From: Hydrolagus affinis
Taxonomy: Eukaryota
DNA: 64,000 nt
NCBI GenBank assembly: GCA_012026655.1
Contig: JAAILG010000156.1
Coordinates: 1 to 64,000 of the forward strand
Direction of reading: 5' to 3'
Part shown: in pieces, positions 1 to 12,221 of the stretch
How positions within the stretch are numbered: the stretch's first letter is position 1
How the letters are laid out: each line of letters starts with the position of its first letter
Translations under genes and position numbers: made by a program
The notes under the pieces: model-generated
Database searches by the model: none
Seen by the model: only the letters and a program-made list of their open reading frames with translations
What the model was told of the DNA's origin: nothing

Positions 1-170
1 GGGAGGAAGGAAAGTTTTTGATCGAACATGATGCCGAGGTTCCTGATTGGCTTCATGAGGTGGAGAGTGCAGCCTTGGATGTTGAGGCTGGCAGCGCCCG
101 ATGTGCGGAGGCGCTGGCTTGAGCCGATCAGGAGGGCCTCGGTCTTACTCACATTCAATTGCAGGAAATT
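1..170 (-). mobile_element. L2-clade LINE fragment (RT C-terminal region), cut by window edge
   Basis: Minus strand reads NFLQLNVSKTEALLIGSSQRLR...IRNLGIMFDQKLSFLP, typical of L2 ORF2 after the RT core; the same motif recurs at 10205 and ~56560. Confidence 0.88.
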
Positions 171-179
171 GCAATTGTA

Positions 180-1960
180 TATTACGTAGTATATACTCTT
201 TATACTTTGAACCAAAATATCCTTTAATGACTTGCACGTATAAAGGTGAGCGATTTTCCTCGCCTAACTTTAAAGCATTGGTCAAAGCTCAATATTTCCA
301 CACAGCACCACAACTCAGAGGCTGTGCTTCTCTTCTTACTATACATCTTATTATATTCAGTGAAGCATGATTGTGTGGAGTTAAGCTGCAGTCCAATTAT
401 TTAAAGGGCCTGAATTTCTCCAGATTAGTTTGCGCTAAATTGGTTTCTGGACAAAGTGTCACTTACATAAGCATGGATTTTGTCTCTTCTCCATGCAGAG
501 GATCTTGCTGACTTGATGTTCTACAGTCAATAGGACCTAACATTCTTCTTCTATTGAAAACACGAATTCATCAGCAAATCTCAAGTTTGTCAGCAGCCGA
601 CTATTGATGTTAATCCCACTTAGGTACTCGGCCGTTGCTTTGCACATAATGCATTTTAGGAACAAATTGAAAAGATTGTCTGATAGGAGACAACCCTGCC
701 ACACACCAACTGATGTTCTGAACCAATCTGTTAGTGCACCATTGATCTTGACTGCACTCTCTGCTCAATTATTGATAGTCTGGATGATGTTGATAAGCTT
801 CACTGGAGCATTAAACAGTGCTGAAAGATATTAAAGAGACTTTTCTCCCAGAGTTAGTCAAATGCTTTTCATGTCAATGAAAAAACATGATATTATTTGT
901 CATGAATTTGTTAACTATCATCATAACCATAATGGGAATATCGTTTCAACAGTGCTACAAACGGATATAAAACCATCTAGTTCTCGTATTCGTGAATCCA
1001 TTCGTCGACTAAGTTGATAGCAAATCTAATTGAATTCCTTCCTTCCTTAAATTCTTTATAATTGTCCTGCATTCCTCTTGTTTAATAGGGACTACAGATA
1101 TAACAATCTTAGTCTAATGCTGCAGGAAAATATTGGACTAATATTATGCATCGTGTTACCAGGTGTTTCAGCTCGTATATCTTCTGAACTCACCACTGAA
1201 GTAATCTGCACCCAGTACGTCATAGAATTTGAGCTTCACATTCGCTGGTTTCATTTCATCTTTAATGATGTCTGATTTTTGTGGTCGCAGTCTGGTTGTT
1301 CCATAAATCATTGAGGGCAGATTTACACCTCCAGTTAACGGTTACAAAGCTCCTTACATACTCTTGCCAGACGGTGAGCAAGGATGACTTCAGTGGCAAG
1401 TTGCTTGCCATGCTTGCCGTCTACAGTTGCCATTCACTTGGGCGGTGCCGTGTGTCACATAGGCTGCTGACATCGCATTACAAACATTCAAACGTTGCAA
1501 ATTGATAGACTTGCTAACATTGCAAGCATTGATCTTTCAGTTTCTTGTAGGCACAGTATTATTAATTAAGGCTTTCGGAGCTCCATGCAACTTTTCTGTT
1601 TCTTTTGAACCCAAATATAAAAAAGATTGCGGTAAGTGTGAGTTCATTTTGAATATTACTTTGTGCCTTTATCACCCTATTTAGTAGATTATTCCAAAGA
1701 TTTATCACTCTTTCTATCAGGCACTTTTTATATATTGGTTCTAAAGATCTGTTCTAAAATTTCTTTCTACTAGATGTTATTTATGTCCTTTGTTCCTAAT
1801 TTCAGCAGCAATGCCAAGTTGCTACTATTCACTTGTAGCACAATGCCATAGCACACCGTTTTACAATATGTGGTCTGATCTGACATGATCAATGCAGGGA
1901 TTAGCAATGTGCATCATTGGACTGCCAATTGGTTTTGTCATTGAGTTACTTTAACATCCC
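180..1960 (-). mobile_element. Fossil RTE-clade LINE ORF (stops and frameshifts)
   Basis: Manual minus-strand translation, in order: VDGKHGKQLATEVILAHR/WQEY (~1350-1430), DGFISVCSTVETIF (~940-980), FIDMK/AFD (~860-885), ESAVKINGALTDWFRTSVGVWQGCLLSDNLFNLFL (~655-760), NLRFADE (567-587). This matches RTE RT motif order. Extent beyond ~1450 and below ~500 is less certain. Confidence 0.8.
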
Positions 1961-1993
1961 CAGCAACTTCATAGAATCTTACAATTATTATAG

Positions 1994-2200
1994 TAATAAT
2001 AATAATCCTTGCATTTGATATGAGCTTTTCACATCTTATCGCCGTCTCAAAGCGCTTCACAGAATATACTGTAAAGTGAATTGACTGTACATTTGTGGGC
2101 AAAACGCAGCAACCATTTGCTCACAGCAGCGTCCCCACAAACAGTCGTGGATTGAAATGACCAATTTTTAATACTGTGGTTTTTTTTGGCGGATTATTAT
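1994..2200 (-). mobile_element. tRNA/Deu-type SINE, 5'-truncated
   Basis: Matches body and tail of the full copies at 11670, 12991 and 36873; (AAT)n tail. Confidence 0.9.
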
Positions 2201-2212
2201 TATACAACACAG

Positions 2213-2311
2213 ACGAAGTCAATTCGACCCGTCTTGCCTGTGCTGGCTCTTTGAAAAGAGCTGTCCAAATCAATCCCACTCCCCATAGCCCTGCAAGCTT
2301 GTCCTCCTCAA
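2213..2311 (-). mobile_element. CR1 LINE 3' end fragment
   Basis: ggctctttgaaaagagctgtccaaatcaatcccactccccatagccctgcaa is the reverse complement of the CR1 3' end at 38075-38220. Confidence 0.75.
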
Positions 2312-2349
2312 CTTGGTCGGTTATGAAGACTGGCTTCAAATACAAGTTG

Positions 2350-2468
2350 ATAACAATAGTATTAACCCTTGCATTTGATAAAGTACCTTATCCATCATTG
2401 AGACACCTCAAAGCACTTCATAGGACTTACTGTAAAATGAATTGAGTGTACATTTTGTGAGCGAAACG
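2350..2468 (-). mobile_element. SINE 3' tail fragment
   Basis: ccttgcatttgata...ctcaaagcacttcataggacttactgtaaaatgaattga matches the family tail. Confidence 0.8.
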
Positions 2469-3959
2469 AGAATGATGATAGACTCAGCAACTCTGCACAC
2501 TAGACACTGGGCCTCAAAACCTGATCTGCTGTCAAATTCCAAACATACAATACTTTACTTCGGAGAGCTCATTGCTTTCATTGGTGCAGAAAGTCAATAA
2601 AGACTTCACGTATTGTGAATCAGTTCTTACCAATTATAAAACACCGTTCAGGAAGAATGGCTGGATTTAACATATTTTGTTTATCCCCAAATTCTTCAAT
2701 GTTCCCTATTGTTGATTAATTATTATATTTGCTCCAAACATGGGAAAATGGATACTATATTTTAAAAGCTGTGAAACAAATTCAGAGCTAAAATGGTTAA
2801 CATGAATGGAGAGCATAACAAGGTCCACTCTCGCTCAGTTATAGCAGAAAGCAATATCCTGCTTTAAAATGGACAGAATTCAAATATTTGACAATTAAGT
2901 GGTCATTTCTGGGCCCTGTTCAACACTGGGATAAAATTCTGATGGAGCCTAATGTTATTGCCGCACAATTTAATGGCATTATTCTCAGCTGAAACTAGTA
3001 GTTACAGGTCAAAGGGTTGGGCCTGAAAGCAAGTTGGCTGGTACCAGATCTGTCTAGATATTTGCACAATGCACCCATGGAGCCAATAATCAATTGTAAC
3101 ATATTGTTTAACATCTTTATTTTCTCAGTGAGAAAGAGGGAGGGCAGGGTGATGGAAGTGACTGGAGGTATAATTGGAACAATTAGTTTTTCAGGTTGCA
3201 GACAGGCTGTCTCTCTTCTTCTCCTGTCTCTCTATTTCTTCCCCCATCTCCCTATTTCTTCCAGACTATCGAATGTTCAGTGAAAAAATATATAATCTTC
3301 ATTAATGGAAGGGAAGGCACTGTAATTACACACTGAATTGATCTGTTTTCTTCAACAACATTTTCAAAAGACGCGAGTATAGACACCGACTGGGATAATG
3401 GAATAATCGGAAGGATTTCAAAATATAAGTAGCTGTAACACTGGATTAAAACAAAAGCTTCAGATGTGAAGTGGCATCTGAATTCAGTCAAGGAAAGAAA
3501 AGGCAATGTACACTTTTTCTCGCTCATCATCTTTCAAGGATAATAACAGAACCAAGTTGCTGTTGATTTCACTAACAGTGCATCGGGTTTACAACAGTAC
3601 CCAGAGTGATTCTGGTTGGTTTGCGCCAGTCAATCTAATCCAATCTCAGAGGTGTGAAGGACAAATGCAAGTGCAGTGATCTGTAGAATAAATCGTCATT
3701 TTTGGAACCTGAAAAAAGACAGATTAGGACAGACTGACACGTCAGATACTGTTGTGATTCCTATAAGATAAAGCTCAAGGACATGAGGTGCAGACTGCAC
3801 CACTATAATAAAAGGGTGTGGAAATGAACAGAGCCCCTTCACTCTGTAAAACCAATTGATCATTGATTCACTTCAACATAAATTATTCTTATTCGTTTCT
3901 GAGACGCACTTCATAATTCAGGTCCAGCATTCGACTACATATGACTGTCAAGAGAATGG

Positions 3960-4175
3960 ATGGTGTGGTACAGTGGGCAAACTTGAAGTTAAATTCTGCC
4001 CAGACAGGGGGGGGAATGAAATGTTAGCTGCAAGAGTTGGCCCACGAGTTTTGCAACATTTAATCCAGCTCCTGAGAGCACAAACCCGCAGTATAAAACT
4101 GTCCACTAATTAAGATTGATTCGGTGACATCAATGCATGATTTCTGGTGTGGGAAATGGAAACGTCACACGAGTC
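3960..4175 (+). mobile_element. Possible LF-SINE-like ancient SINE relic
   Basis: aaattctgcccagac...atccagctcctgagagcacaaacccgcagtataaaactgtccactaatt resembles the recalled LF-SINE B-box region and core (TCCAGTTCCTAGTGGACA...CACAAAACC...GCACTAATT); highly diverged. Confidence 0.3.
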
Positions 4176-4944
4176 ATTCGTCATCAGCAGGACTGCATCT
4201 GAACTCAAAAAAGTGGCTCAATCTGGTTTAACTATGACTATGATTAACATAGAAATGGTGTCTCTCATACGCAAAACTGTTCACACGGTGAGCACTATGG
4301 ACAATTCTAACAGTCACAATATAAATGGGCCACTCAAACTCTAAACTTCTTACGCAACACAAACATCAAAGAATTATTTCATTAAAGAGACACAACAATT
4401 CGATTACTTCCGTTTGCAAGCTTCTCCTGCTTGAGTTTCAAATCATCTAAATAGTGTACATTTAAAACACTCCATCCGATGGAGTTTCGTTATTTTCTTA
4501 AAGAGATGACTGGATTTTTCAGATCAGCCTCTCAAGGTCGTGTTGTAGAATACATTGGTTCAGAAAACAGTTGAACTGCAACAAACAAGAAAACCCGAAA
4601 TGCAGCAGTTATACAATTTTACAATCGAATCCAGTCCCTGACTGGCGATGGACAAGTGTACCCATTTTCAATCTCCATGAAAAATTGTTCAAATTGCATA
4701 ATTTGAAATGGCACTGACCCGAACACCCACTAAAACAATGCATTTTAATGCAGGTTTCACTGTCCTTCTGCTAAACTGACTGAACAGAGATGGCCTCCAG
4801 AATTACCTGACCTGTAATCGCAACATGACTAATGACTACCTACAGAAATCCCATTAGTATAATAGATTTATAGGGAACTAAAATGCCCACACCATGGTGT
4901 TTTCAATGTTAGGAACATGTGGCAAAGCAATTGAAAACAAATAA

Positions 4945-5140
4945 ATGCTGGGATGTGTAGCCAGAACACTAGAGTACAAGTCTCTGGAGGTTATGCAGAG
5001 GCTGTGCAACACACAACAGTATGAAGACCAGTTCTGGTCACTAGATATCAGCATTGGAAAACGCAGAGAAATGCAACAGGGCTGATTCCTGGAATTAAAG
5101 CGGCTTGGCTACAAGGAGAGACTAGAGGATCAAGTTGGGC
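4945..5140 (+). mobile_element. CR1 LINE ORF2 fragment
   Basis: Translates, with frameshifts, to MLGCVARTLEYKSLEVM...QFWS...QRNATGLIPGIK...YKERL, typical of the CR1 RT C-terminal domain. Confidence 0.8.
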
Positions 5141-8100
5141 AACATTCTCTACTTGTGGATAAATGACTAACCTTTGGCAGCAAGTGTATATTATTCTCCA
5201 GTTATTCATCAATTTAATGTCCTTTACCATTGTGAATTTAACAGGAAACTGCATTTTAATCCTTAAATATTCTGTTCAGCTTTGCCAATAACTTTTTTTT
5301 TGCACGACAGATGGACTTACAAGATCCAGCTGCAAGCAACTGAAACATGTACAGATGCCTTTGAGTATTTTTTTACTGGGGTGCCAAAGGGCAAGTCAAA
5401 GCTATCTCAAAGCTACTGTTTGGCTGAATAACCTGAGATAATCCAAGATCAGCAAGTGATGATTAACTTGGAATTTGAAAGAAGAGTTGCAGGTGAAAGA
5501 CAGCATAACAATTGCCCAACTAAGTAAAATGGTGTGTAAAACTCCCATGTTAGCATTTCAACTCCCATGTTCTCCATTTCAAGGAGACAGTATCACTTTT
5601 AATTGCATTTCCCCATCTAAATTATGAAACCAACATACACAATATGTCAATGTCTTTGGTTCATCATCACATGTTTAGACATTCGGCAACATTAAAATCC
5701 AAAGATATGTGTAATTCAGTTTAGAAAGTTTAAACTACTTGGGGTTATAATGGCACAAATCAAGAAGCAGTGTGTTGAAACAAGACAGTGGAATCGCAAA
5801 CAGCCCAATATACAGCAATAAACAGTACAAATACCTGTCCCATGTAAGTACCGTTCGGTGACTAGATCCGCAATCCAGGACTTGTTTTCAATTAACTTTT
5901 GAAAGAGTGAATTGACAATCTGGAGTTTCAAACTAACACCAAAGGCCAGTCAGTTCTCCAGCTGGAACCAAAATAAATCACTTAAAACTTTCTGAGCGAA
6001 TACAAACTAATGTTTTGCCAATGGCCAATCCCAAACATTTCCCGTTTCATCAGTGAGGCAACGCATTTCTTATTTCCCGGCCTAAAAGCACAGAATGGAA
6101 ACAGTAAATATATAAGACCAGATTGCAATCAGCACGCCATCTTCATCTTGTGCTAGATAGCTCACTCCATTTCAACAGTTACCTTGAAATTGGTATTTAA
6201 CATACTCCCGCAGGAATGGCTGTTTGAATTGCCCACTATTTGTGATTTATCTTTCTGGAGTCGCATAATATTTGCACCCCATGAAAGATTAACTTAGAAC
6301 ATCCCTTTGGTAAAAAGTCAGTAATTTATTACAAATTAGCTTGGCTGATTCGTATTTGCTCACAGCAATCAGCAGCACACTTATGTAAGCCATTCGATTC
6401 AATCATTTTTTTTGACTCCAGCCTTTTCTCTGCAAAACTGAGCAACAATTTCCAGCACAAAGCTGCACACGAGCTATACAGTTGAATTACAAGACAGCTG
6501 GATCATAAGATGCAGAATCTAATCCCCCTGCAATACAATTCAGCTATTACTGAAACTATTAAATTCAAATTATGCACAGGGCTATTGATCACTCTGCTGA
6601 ATGATGCAGTATTACCATTTTCTGCTCATAAGAATTCCTCTTGAGTAGAATCTTACATTCAACTTTACTCTCTCACACTCAGTCCTCATGTGAAACATGA
6701 CCTACGTTACCTTTTAGTTCAATTTAAACAGGTGATATAGATCTAGAATCAGTAAATTAAACCTCATCGGTATAAAGTCGGAGAGACTGGCAAATTTGTA
6801 TTTTTAATTATTTTAAGAATTACAATGATCTAAAGACTTACAAGAAAGACTCCCAGCACCAGGAAAATATGCTACTACAATGACAGGATTAGATTAACAA
6901 TTAATAATCAAATACATACAACGGCTGCCCAACTCAATTAAGATACTTGTTCCTCAACAACACCAAAGCTAATCCCTCTCCAACCCTAGATATAACAATG
7001 AAGCTGACAACAAAATATGCTGGATACTTATTTGAATTAATATTTATTTAGGTATAATACAAGGTCAATCGTTCCAACTAATAAAATGAATGGTTTCCAA
7101 GCCCCAAAGCACACGAGTAATATATATTTGGAGTAAAAATTCCATTCAGCTTGATGCTCAACACCTTCTGTGATGCCAGCCTTCAATTGGATGCATCCCA
7201 ATATATAGTTGCACACAGCACTGAACAGAATTTTGGGCCATATGCTGGAATCAGAATGCAATGAAACTAAGTTACTGTTATACAGTTTCATTTTCTATCG
7301 TTGTCCCTCATTAACTTTTCTTGCTATTGCTTTGGCTAGATGTCAATAAAATATCATTACATTGATCTGAGGCATAAAATCATTTCAAACGTTCTACTAC
7401 ATTTATCGAACCATTTGCAGAAAATTGTATTACATACAGATACACAGTGGGGAACACAGAAGATGTGTCAGAGCAAGTAATAGTGCATGAATAAACTCTG
7501 AGTTAACATGGCTGAATGGATAACCACTGTCATTGGCAGCTTCATGGGGGAGTGTGCTGGGAGGGAGTGGGGACACACAGATTTTTTTGTACAGCTCGTT
7601 CCTGGCGTTGCTGTACTATTGCTTCTTTCTCTCTCATTCTTATTGCAACATAATTCGGGGATACCTGAGACAGACAACCAGGGGCACAAATTTATATTCC
7701 GTTATCTGAGAAGCTATAAATGGAGCTATATTAACCCACGTTTGTAAATAACCAAAGGCTATTGATGATATAGACACTCCAGAATTGTGGTGAGAGAGGA
7801 ACGCCCAACATTTATATTTGTTTAAGTATTGGATCTGGCATCCACTGTAATAAAGAGAATGCTTCCCACATCTGAGATTGGAATCCAGATCACGAGGAAG
7901 TGAACCACTACCCTGCCACAGCCCAAGTGAGATCATTGGTGCTCGAATGAAATGGGCCCATTTGTGGTAAGTAACAATTAGGCTGAAAATATTGTTTGCA
8001 CTGATGTAGCTGTGTTCATATCTCCACGTTAAGAAAATGTTTCCATTCTATAAATATACAAGTGGTCTGAGATACCAAGATAACCGTCATGAATACCTGA

Positions 8101-10204
8101 CATTTGCCCCGGCAGCTGCTTTTCTGCGGTTATTCTGAACTAAGAGTAACATAACCAAAAAAACGTGTTTGGAAAGGCGTTCATCAACAGTTCATTGTAT
8201 CTGGGATCTGTCCGGTTGCTTTTAAATATACAGCAATATTTATTTATTCCACGGTAACAAAAGGTTGTGGTCGGAAGTGAAATCTCCAATACTCCATCGC
8301 CAAATCTTGAACTTGTGCGATATTGAATCTCACACAGCCCAGACGCTATCCAACATTACACATTACGTCTAGCACAATCATCTTGAAACATTTCAACTTG
8401 GAAAACTTTATCAGGTGCAGTGAGTCACAAAATAATTCTAAAGGGAGATCTCGCCTGTAGTGGGCTCAGCTGAATGACAGCACTTAATGATTTACTGTTG
8501 ATGTGTCAAAAGAGCAACAAAGACAGATGGATAGTGGAGTCAGATGACCAGTAGGGTTATACAGGAACAAAATCATCTAGTCATCTGGGACATGCTAATG
8601 CAATCATCCATAATCACTTGTCGTAATGGTCAATGGGCCCTACTGTCACACACAGTGGATTGTGATGGATAAGGAGCCTTGCTGTATGAATGGAAAATCT
8701 TATTTTTGACTGTATTTCTTCAGGGGACAAGAACAAGCCATTAGCAAACATTAGCAAACGTCAGTTGAAAAACCTCAGAGACTGGCCACAGTGGAGAGGT
8801 GAAAATAGAGGGCAAAGGGGCAAAAGGGTTTCGATACTTTTAGACATAATCCTAAAAGGGTTTGAATTTCAGAATGTGACTTAAAGTGCTGACGTGTTTA
8901 TCTTTCAAATTTCAATCAACTTTAAAAAAGACATTAAAATGTACTAACTATGCTGCATTTGATTTTTTTTAAAAAAAGTTTAAGTATATCTAAATTGCAG
9001 TAACCAATGTTCCAACAAATTTTAGCAAAGAATTTAAATTTTTCCAGTTACAGAATACACAGAATATTTTTAATTCAGGTTCTATTTTTGGTGGCGCACA
9101 CAATTTATGACCACCATCAATTCTGACAGCTTAGGTGTTTGGCTGGAATCACTTGGGCTACATGGATGTTCCATTAGTGTGGATATAGATGTCCCAACAG
9201 GTACTCCCCACTACTTTAACTCTCAATTTTTGCAGCGGCAAATGAGAACAAAAGAGAGCTTTATTCCCATTGTTAATTTCCTCCATGTCCTGTGTGCCTC
9301 TAAATGCACTCTTTCTTTCATACACCTAGTGGCAATGACTTACTGTAACAAGAAATGGTCCAGTTGATTGACTGCATTTATTACGTGCATTTTGAGGAAT
9401 ATTACTATTGATGTGTGGGCCAATTATTTCGGTAGCAGCCAAGGCTCATTTGTCTTCATACGTACAGACAGATTGTGTGGGAAGGAGAACTGATTGGCTG
9501 TGGGGATACCTGTGTGATTGCATCAGTGTTTTCTACACACGATGTTGTTGCCTCTTTGACCAAAGTAGGAGCCCATGGTCAGCTGCCTTGGCTTACAACT
9601 CCAAAGCCAATCCTTGAATCCCAGCAGAGTACAGTACAGCACACCAACTGTTTAAATAATTGCAGCACACACATCTAAAATCCCTCCGTGCGCATTTTTA
9701 TTCCATTGCTTAGATGCTACAGCGAGTGAGCCACAATGCACAATGAGTTATACTATTTACTCAGTTGCAGTACTTCTATTCAAGCAGCATTCAAGGTGAC
9801 TGCTGACAGTGGTTGACAATTTGTCAATAACTTTACAAATAAGCAAGGACATTCATTCCCCATAAGGTAATAACACATGTAATGAAAGAAGCAGAATCCT
9901 TTACACTACAGTCTTATGGCAATAAAGCAGACACACTTTCCTGAACACCAGTGTAACAATGCATGCTTCCAAGCAGCAATTTCATGTCAAAAATAGCACT
10001 TACTCCCCCTATGGGTCAGTCTGTAAGAAAATTGTCTGGTGTGGTACCGATCCAGACAGTTCAGGCTCAGTTTCTGTTTTGTGCTAAGATCAGAGCCTCT
10101 GATCTCAGTTGACGCAGAGGTGGAAGCATTTTAATCGGTTTCCAAACCCATGGATAAGTCATGCAAAAGAAAATCTACAGGTTTCTCCTGATGGATTAGT
10201 GACT

Positions 10205-10769
10205 TCCTGGGTGAAAGGTAACTTTCTACAGTTGAATGTCAACAAGACAGAGGCTCTCCTGATTGGCTTGGGCCAGCACCTCAGGCACTGGTAGCACCAA
10301 CCTCCATGGATGCACACTCCATCTTACCAATCCAGCCAGGAACCTAGGTACTGTATCTTGTTCGATCTTCAATTGTCTTTTCTTCCCAACATTCATGCCA
10401 TGATATGTTTTGCTTCCCTCACCTCCACAACATTGCCTGACTCCGGCACTACCTCATCCCACAGGCCGCTGAAACTCTCATATGTGCCTTCATTACGTAC
10501 AGGCCTGACTATGCCAACGCGCTGCTTGTCAGCCTCCCCAATTTCTCCCTCCATAGGCTGCAGATCATCCAGAACGCTGCAGCTCATGTCCTCTCCTGCA
10601 CCAATGGCCTTGGCCTTAGCCTTGCTCCACCCTACCTCTGCAACCTCATAACCCCCTACCAATCTGTCCTACCAAAACCAGCTCTGGTCCAAAACATTGA
10701 CTGTCCAGTGCATTGGCACGTCCTCCTGATGTGAAAGACGCTGTATTATATTATAATTATGTTGTTGTT
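10205..10769 (+). mobile_element. L2 LINE 3' fragment with internal deletion and tail
   Basis: SWVKGNFLQLNVNKTEALLIG...DYANALLVSLPNFSLHRLQIIQNAAAHVL, then tail gtccagtgcattggcacgtcctcctgatgtgaaagacgctg...gttgttgtt. Confidence 0.9.
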
Positions 10770-10969
10770 CTTGCTGGAAACTGTGGAGATTAGGATCAGG
10801 AATTGCAACTTGGATCACCCTCTTATTGTCTGCGGATCCACACCGGGGAAGAAAACAGCGGCAACATTTTTAGGAAGTTAGGATAACAGGGTGTCTTCAC
10901 CTTCACCGATTGACACTCGCTGGATTGTGTGCACCTTTCCCATTTCTAACTTGATACAAATCTGTATTA

Positions 10970-11601
10970 CAGGTACCCCTCCCCAACCGCAGGGGATACA
11001 TACGTTCCTGAGAACCTCCGGGGATGTAAAACCGCCGTTGGAAAATGCAGGGAAACATGGAGATAGAGGGAGCAAGTTTGGGAGCATTGGCTGCCAGGAT
11101 CTGCAGCAATCCATGAGGCTGTCTGACTGACTGACTGATCTACACACAGACACAGAGAGAGAGAGAAATCAACGGAGAAGGTGGTGTGGTGGATGACACG
11201 GAGGGGGAGGGTGGGGGGAGAAGATGGTGTGGTGGATGACACGGAGGGTGGGAGGGGGAGAAGATGGTGTGGTGGGTGACACGGAGTGGGGGGGTGGGAT
11301 GCGGAGAAGTGACAATAAATTCATATTATTTACCTTAATCCTAAGAGTGAAGCGACATCTCGCTGGTTGATTGCAACATCGCAACTGGGTCCTCGCGCCA
11401 GGCGCTAGCGCGAAGCGACATCATGGCTGGGTTGATGCAACTGGGTCCTCGCGCCAAACGCTAGTGATAGTGTTAAAACCCGTGGATAAGCAAGGGTTAA
11501 GCGATAACCATTGCCGTGGTTAGCAAGGGTTGTCGCAGCGAGTCAACCGTGGATAAGTGAAATTAGCGGTGGAAAAAACCGCGGTTGAGGCGGGGTACCT
11601 G
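10970..11601. mobile_element. Non-autonomous Tc1/mariner (Tigger/pogo-like) DNA transposon
   Basis: TIRs caggtacccctccccaaccgc and gcggttgaggcggggtacctg (19/21 match); TA at 10968-10969 and 11602-11603; CpG-rich interior; no transposase ORF. Confidence 0.88.
11174..11300 (+). repeat. Minisatellite of about three ~40-bp units inside the MITE
   Basis: gagaag(g/a)tggtgtggtgg(a/g)tgacacggag plus a G-run, repeated three times. Confidence 0.85.
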
Positions 11602-11668
11602 TACAATCAAGACAAGATATTTCGATACATTTTCATGCGCTTTGAAACAGGCTGCCTAGTCAGTCTAC

Positions 11669-11669
<1 letters not shown>

Positions 11670-11706
<37 letters not shown>

Positions 11707-12012
11707 CCTTGCATTTGATATTGCGCTTTTCACATCTTCTAGACATCTCAAAGCACTTCACAGAATATACTATAAAGTGAATTGACCTGTATATACGTGG
11801 GCAAAAAGCGGCAGCCAATTGAGCACAGCAGTGACCCACAAACAATTGTGGATTGAAATGACCAATTTATTATTGTTTCTTTTTGAGGGATTATTGTCAG
11901 GCGTGTAGAGTAAGGAAACTTGCCCAAGGTTTCGCCCTGACCTGCCTGGAAAATCGAACCCAGGTTTCTTGCATGCAAGGTGAGTGCTGTAACCACTGCG
12001 CTACAGAACTCC
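11670..12012 (-). mobile_element. Full-length tRNA-derived SINE with Deu-like 3' body and (AAT)n tail
   Basis: Minus-strand head ggagttctgtagcgcagtggttacagcactc...gggttcgattttcc (A and B boxes); body tgtgggtcactgctgtgctcaattggctgccgc; about 12 AAT units at 11671-11706. Confidence 0.92.
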
Positions 12013-12137
12013 ACACTTCCCCGGATAGCTGCTCCTATCAGAACACAAAATACTACAGATGCTGGGAATCTGAAACAAAAACAAAAGTTGCTGGGGAAAC
12101 TCAGCAGGTCAGGCAACAACTGTGGAGAAAGGAGAAA

Positions 12138-12176
12138 GAGTCAACGTTTCAGGTCTACAACCCTTCGTCAGGACTC
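12138..12176 (-). ncRNA. Minimal type I hammerhead ribozyme motif (PLE-type)
   Basis: RNA GAGUC-CUGACGA-A-GGGU-UGUAG-ACCU-GAAA-CG-UU-GACUC: 5-bp stem I, CUGANGA and GAAA core, 4-bp stem II, loopless ACGU stem III, GUU cleavage triplet. Confidence 0.65.
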
Positions 12177-12187
12177 CAAAAAAAGGA

Positions 12188-12221
12188 CTGACGAAGGGTT
12201 GTAGACCCGAAACGTTGACTC
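12188..12221 (+). ncRNA. Second hammerhead core, stem I disrupted
   Basis: CUGACGA-A-GGGU-UGUAG-ACCC-GAAA-CG-UU-GACUC; the upstream AAAGGA does not pair with GACUC. Confidence 0.5.

Noticed and set aside
1340-1500. Apparent minus-strand first exon MATVDGKHGKQLATEVILAHRLARV ending at gtaagg
   Set aside because: Better explained as part of the RTE fossil (cf. I.DKNGK.LT.....RW.EYC.ELYN).
9152-9196. Small hairpin ttgggctacatgg...gatgtcccaa, possible pre-miRNA
   Set aside because: Too short and bulged; no recognisable mature miRNA.
11174-11300. Regularly spaced repeats superficially like a CRISPR array
   Set aside because: No unique spacers, no cas genes, eukaryotic context; a minisatellite within a MITE.
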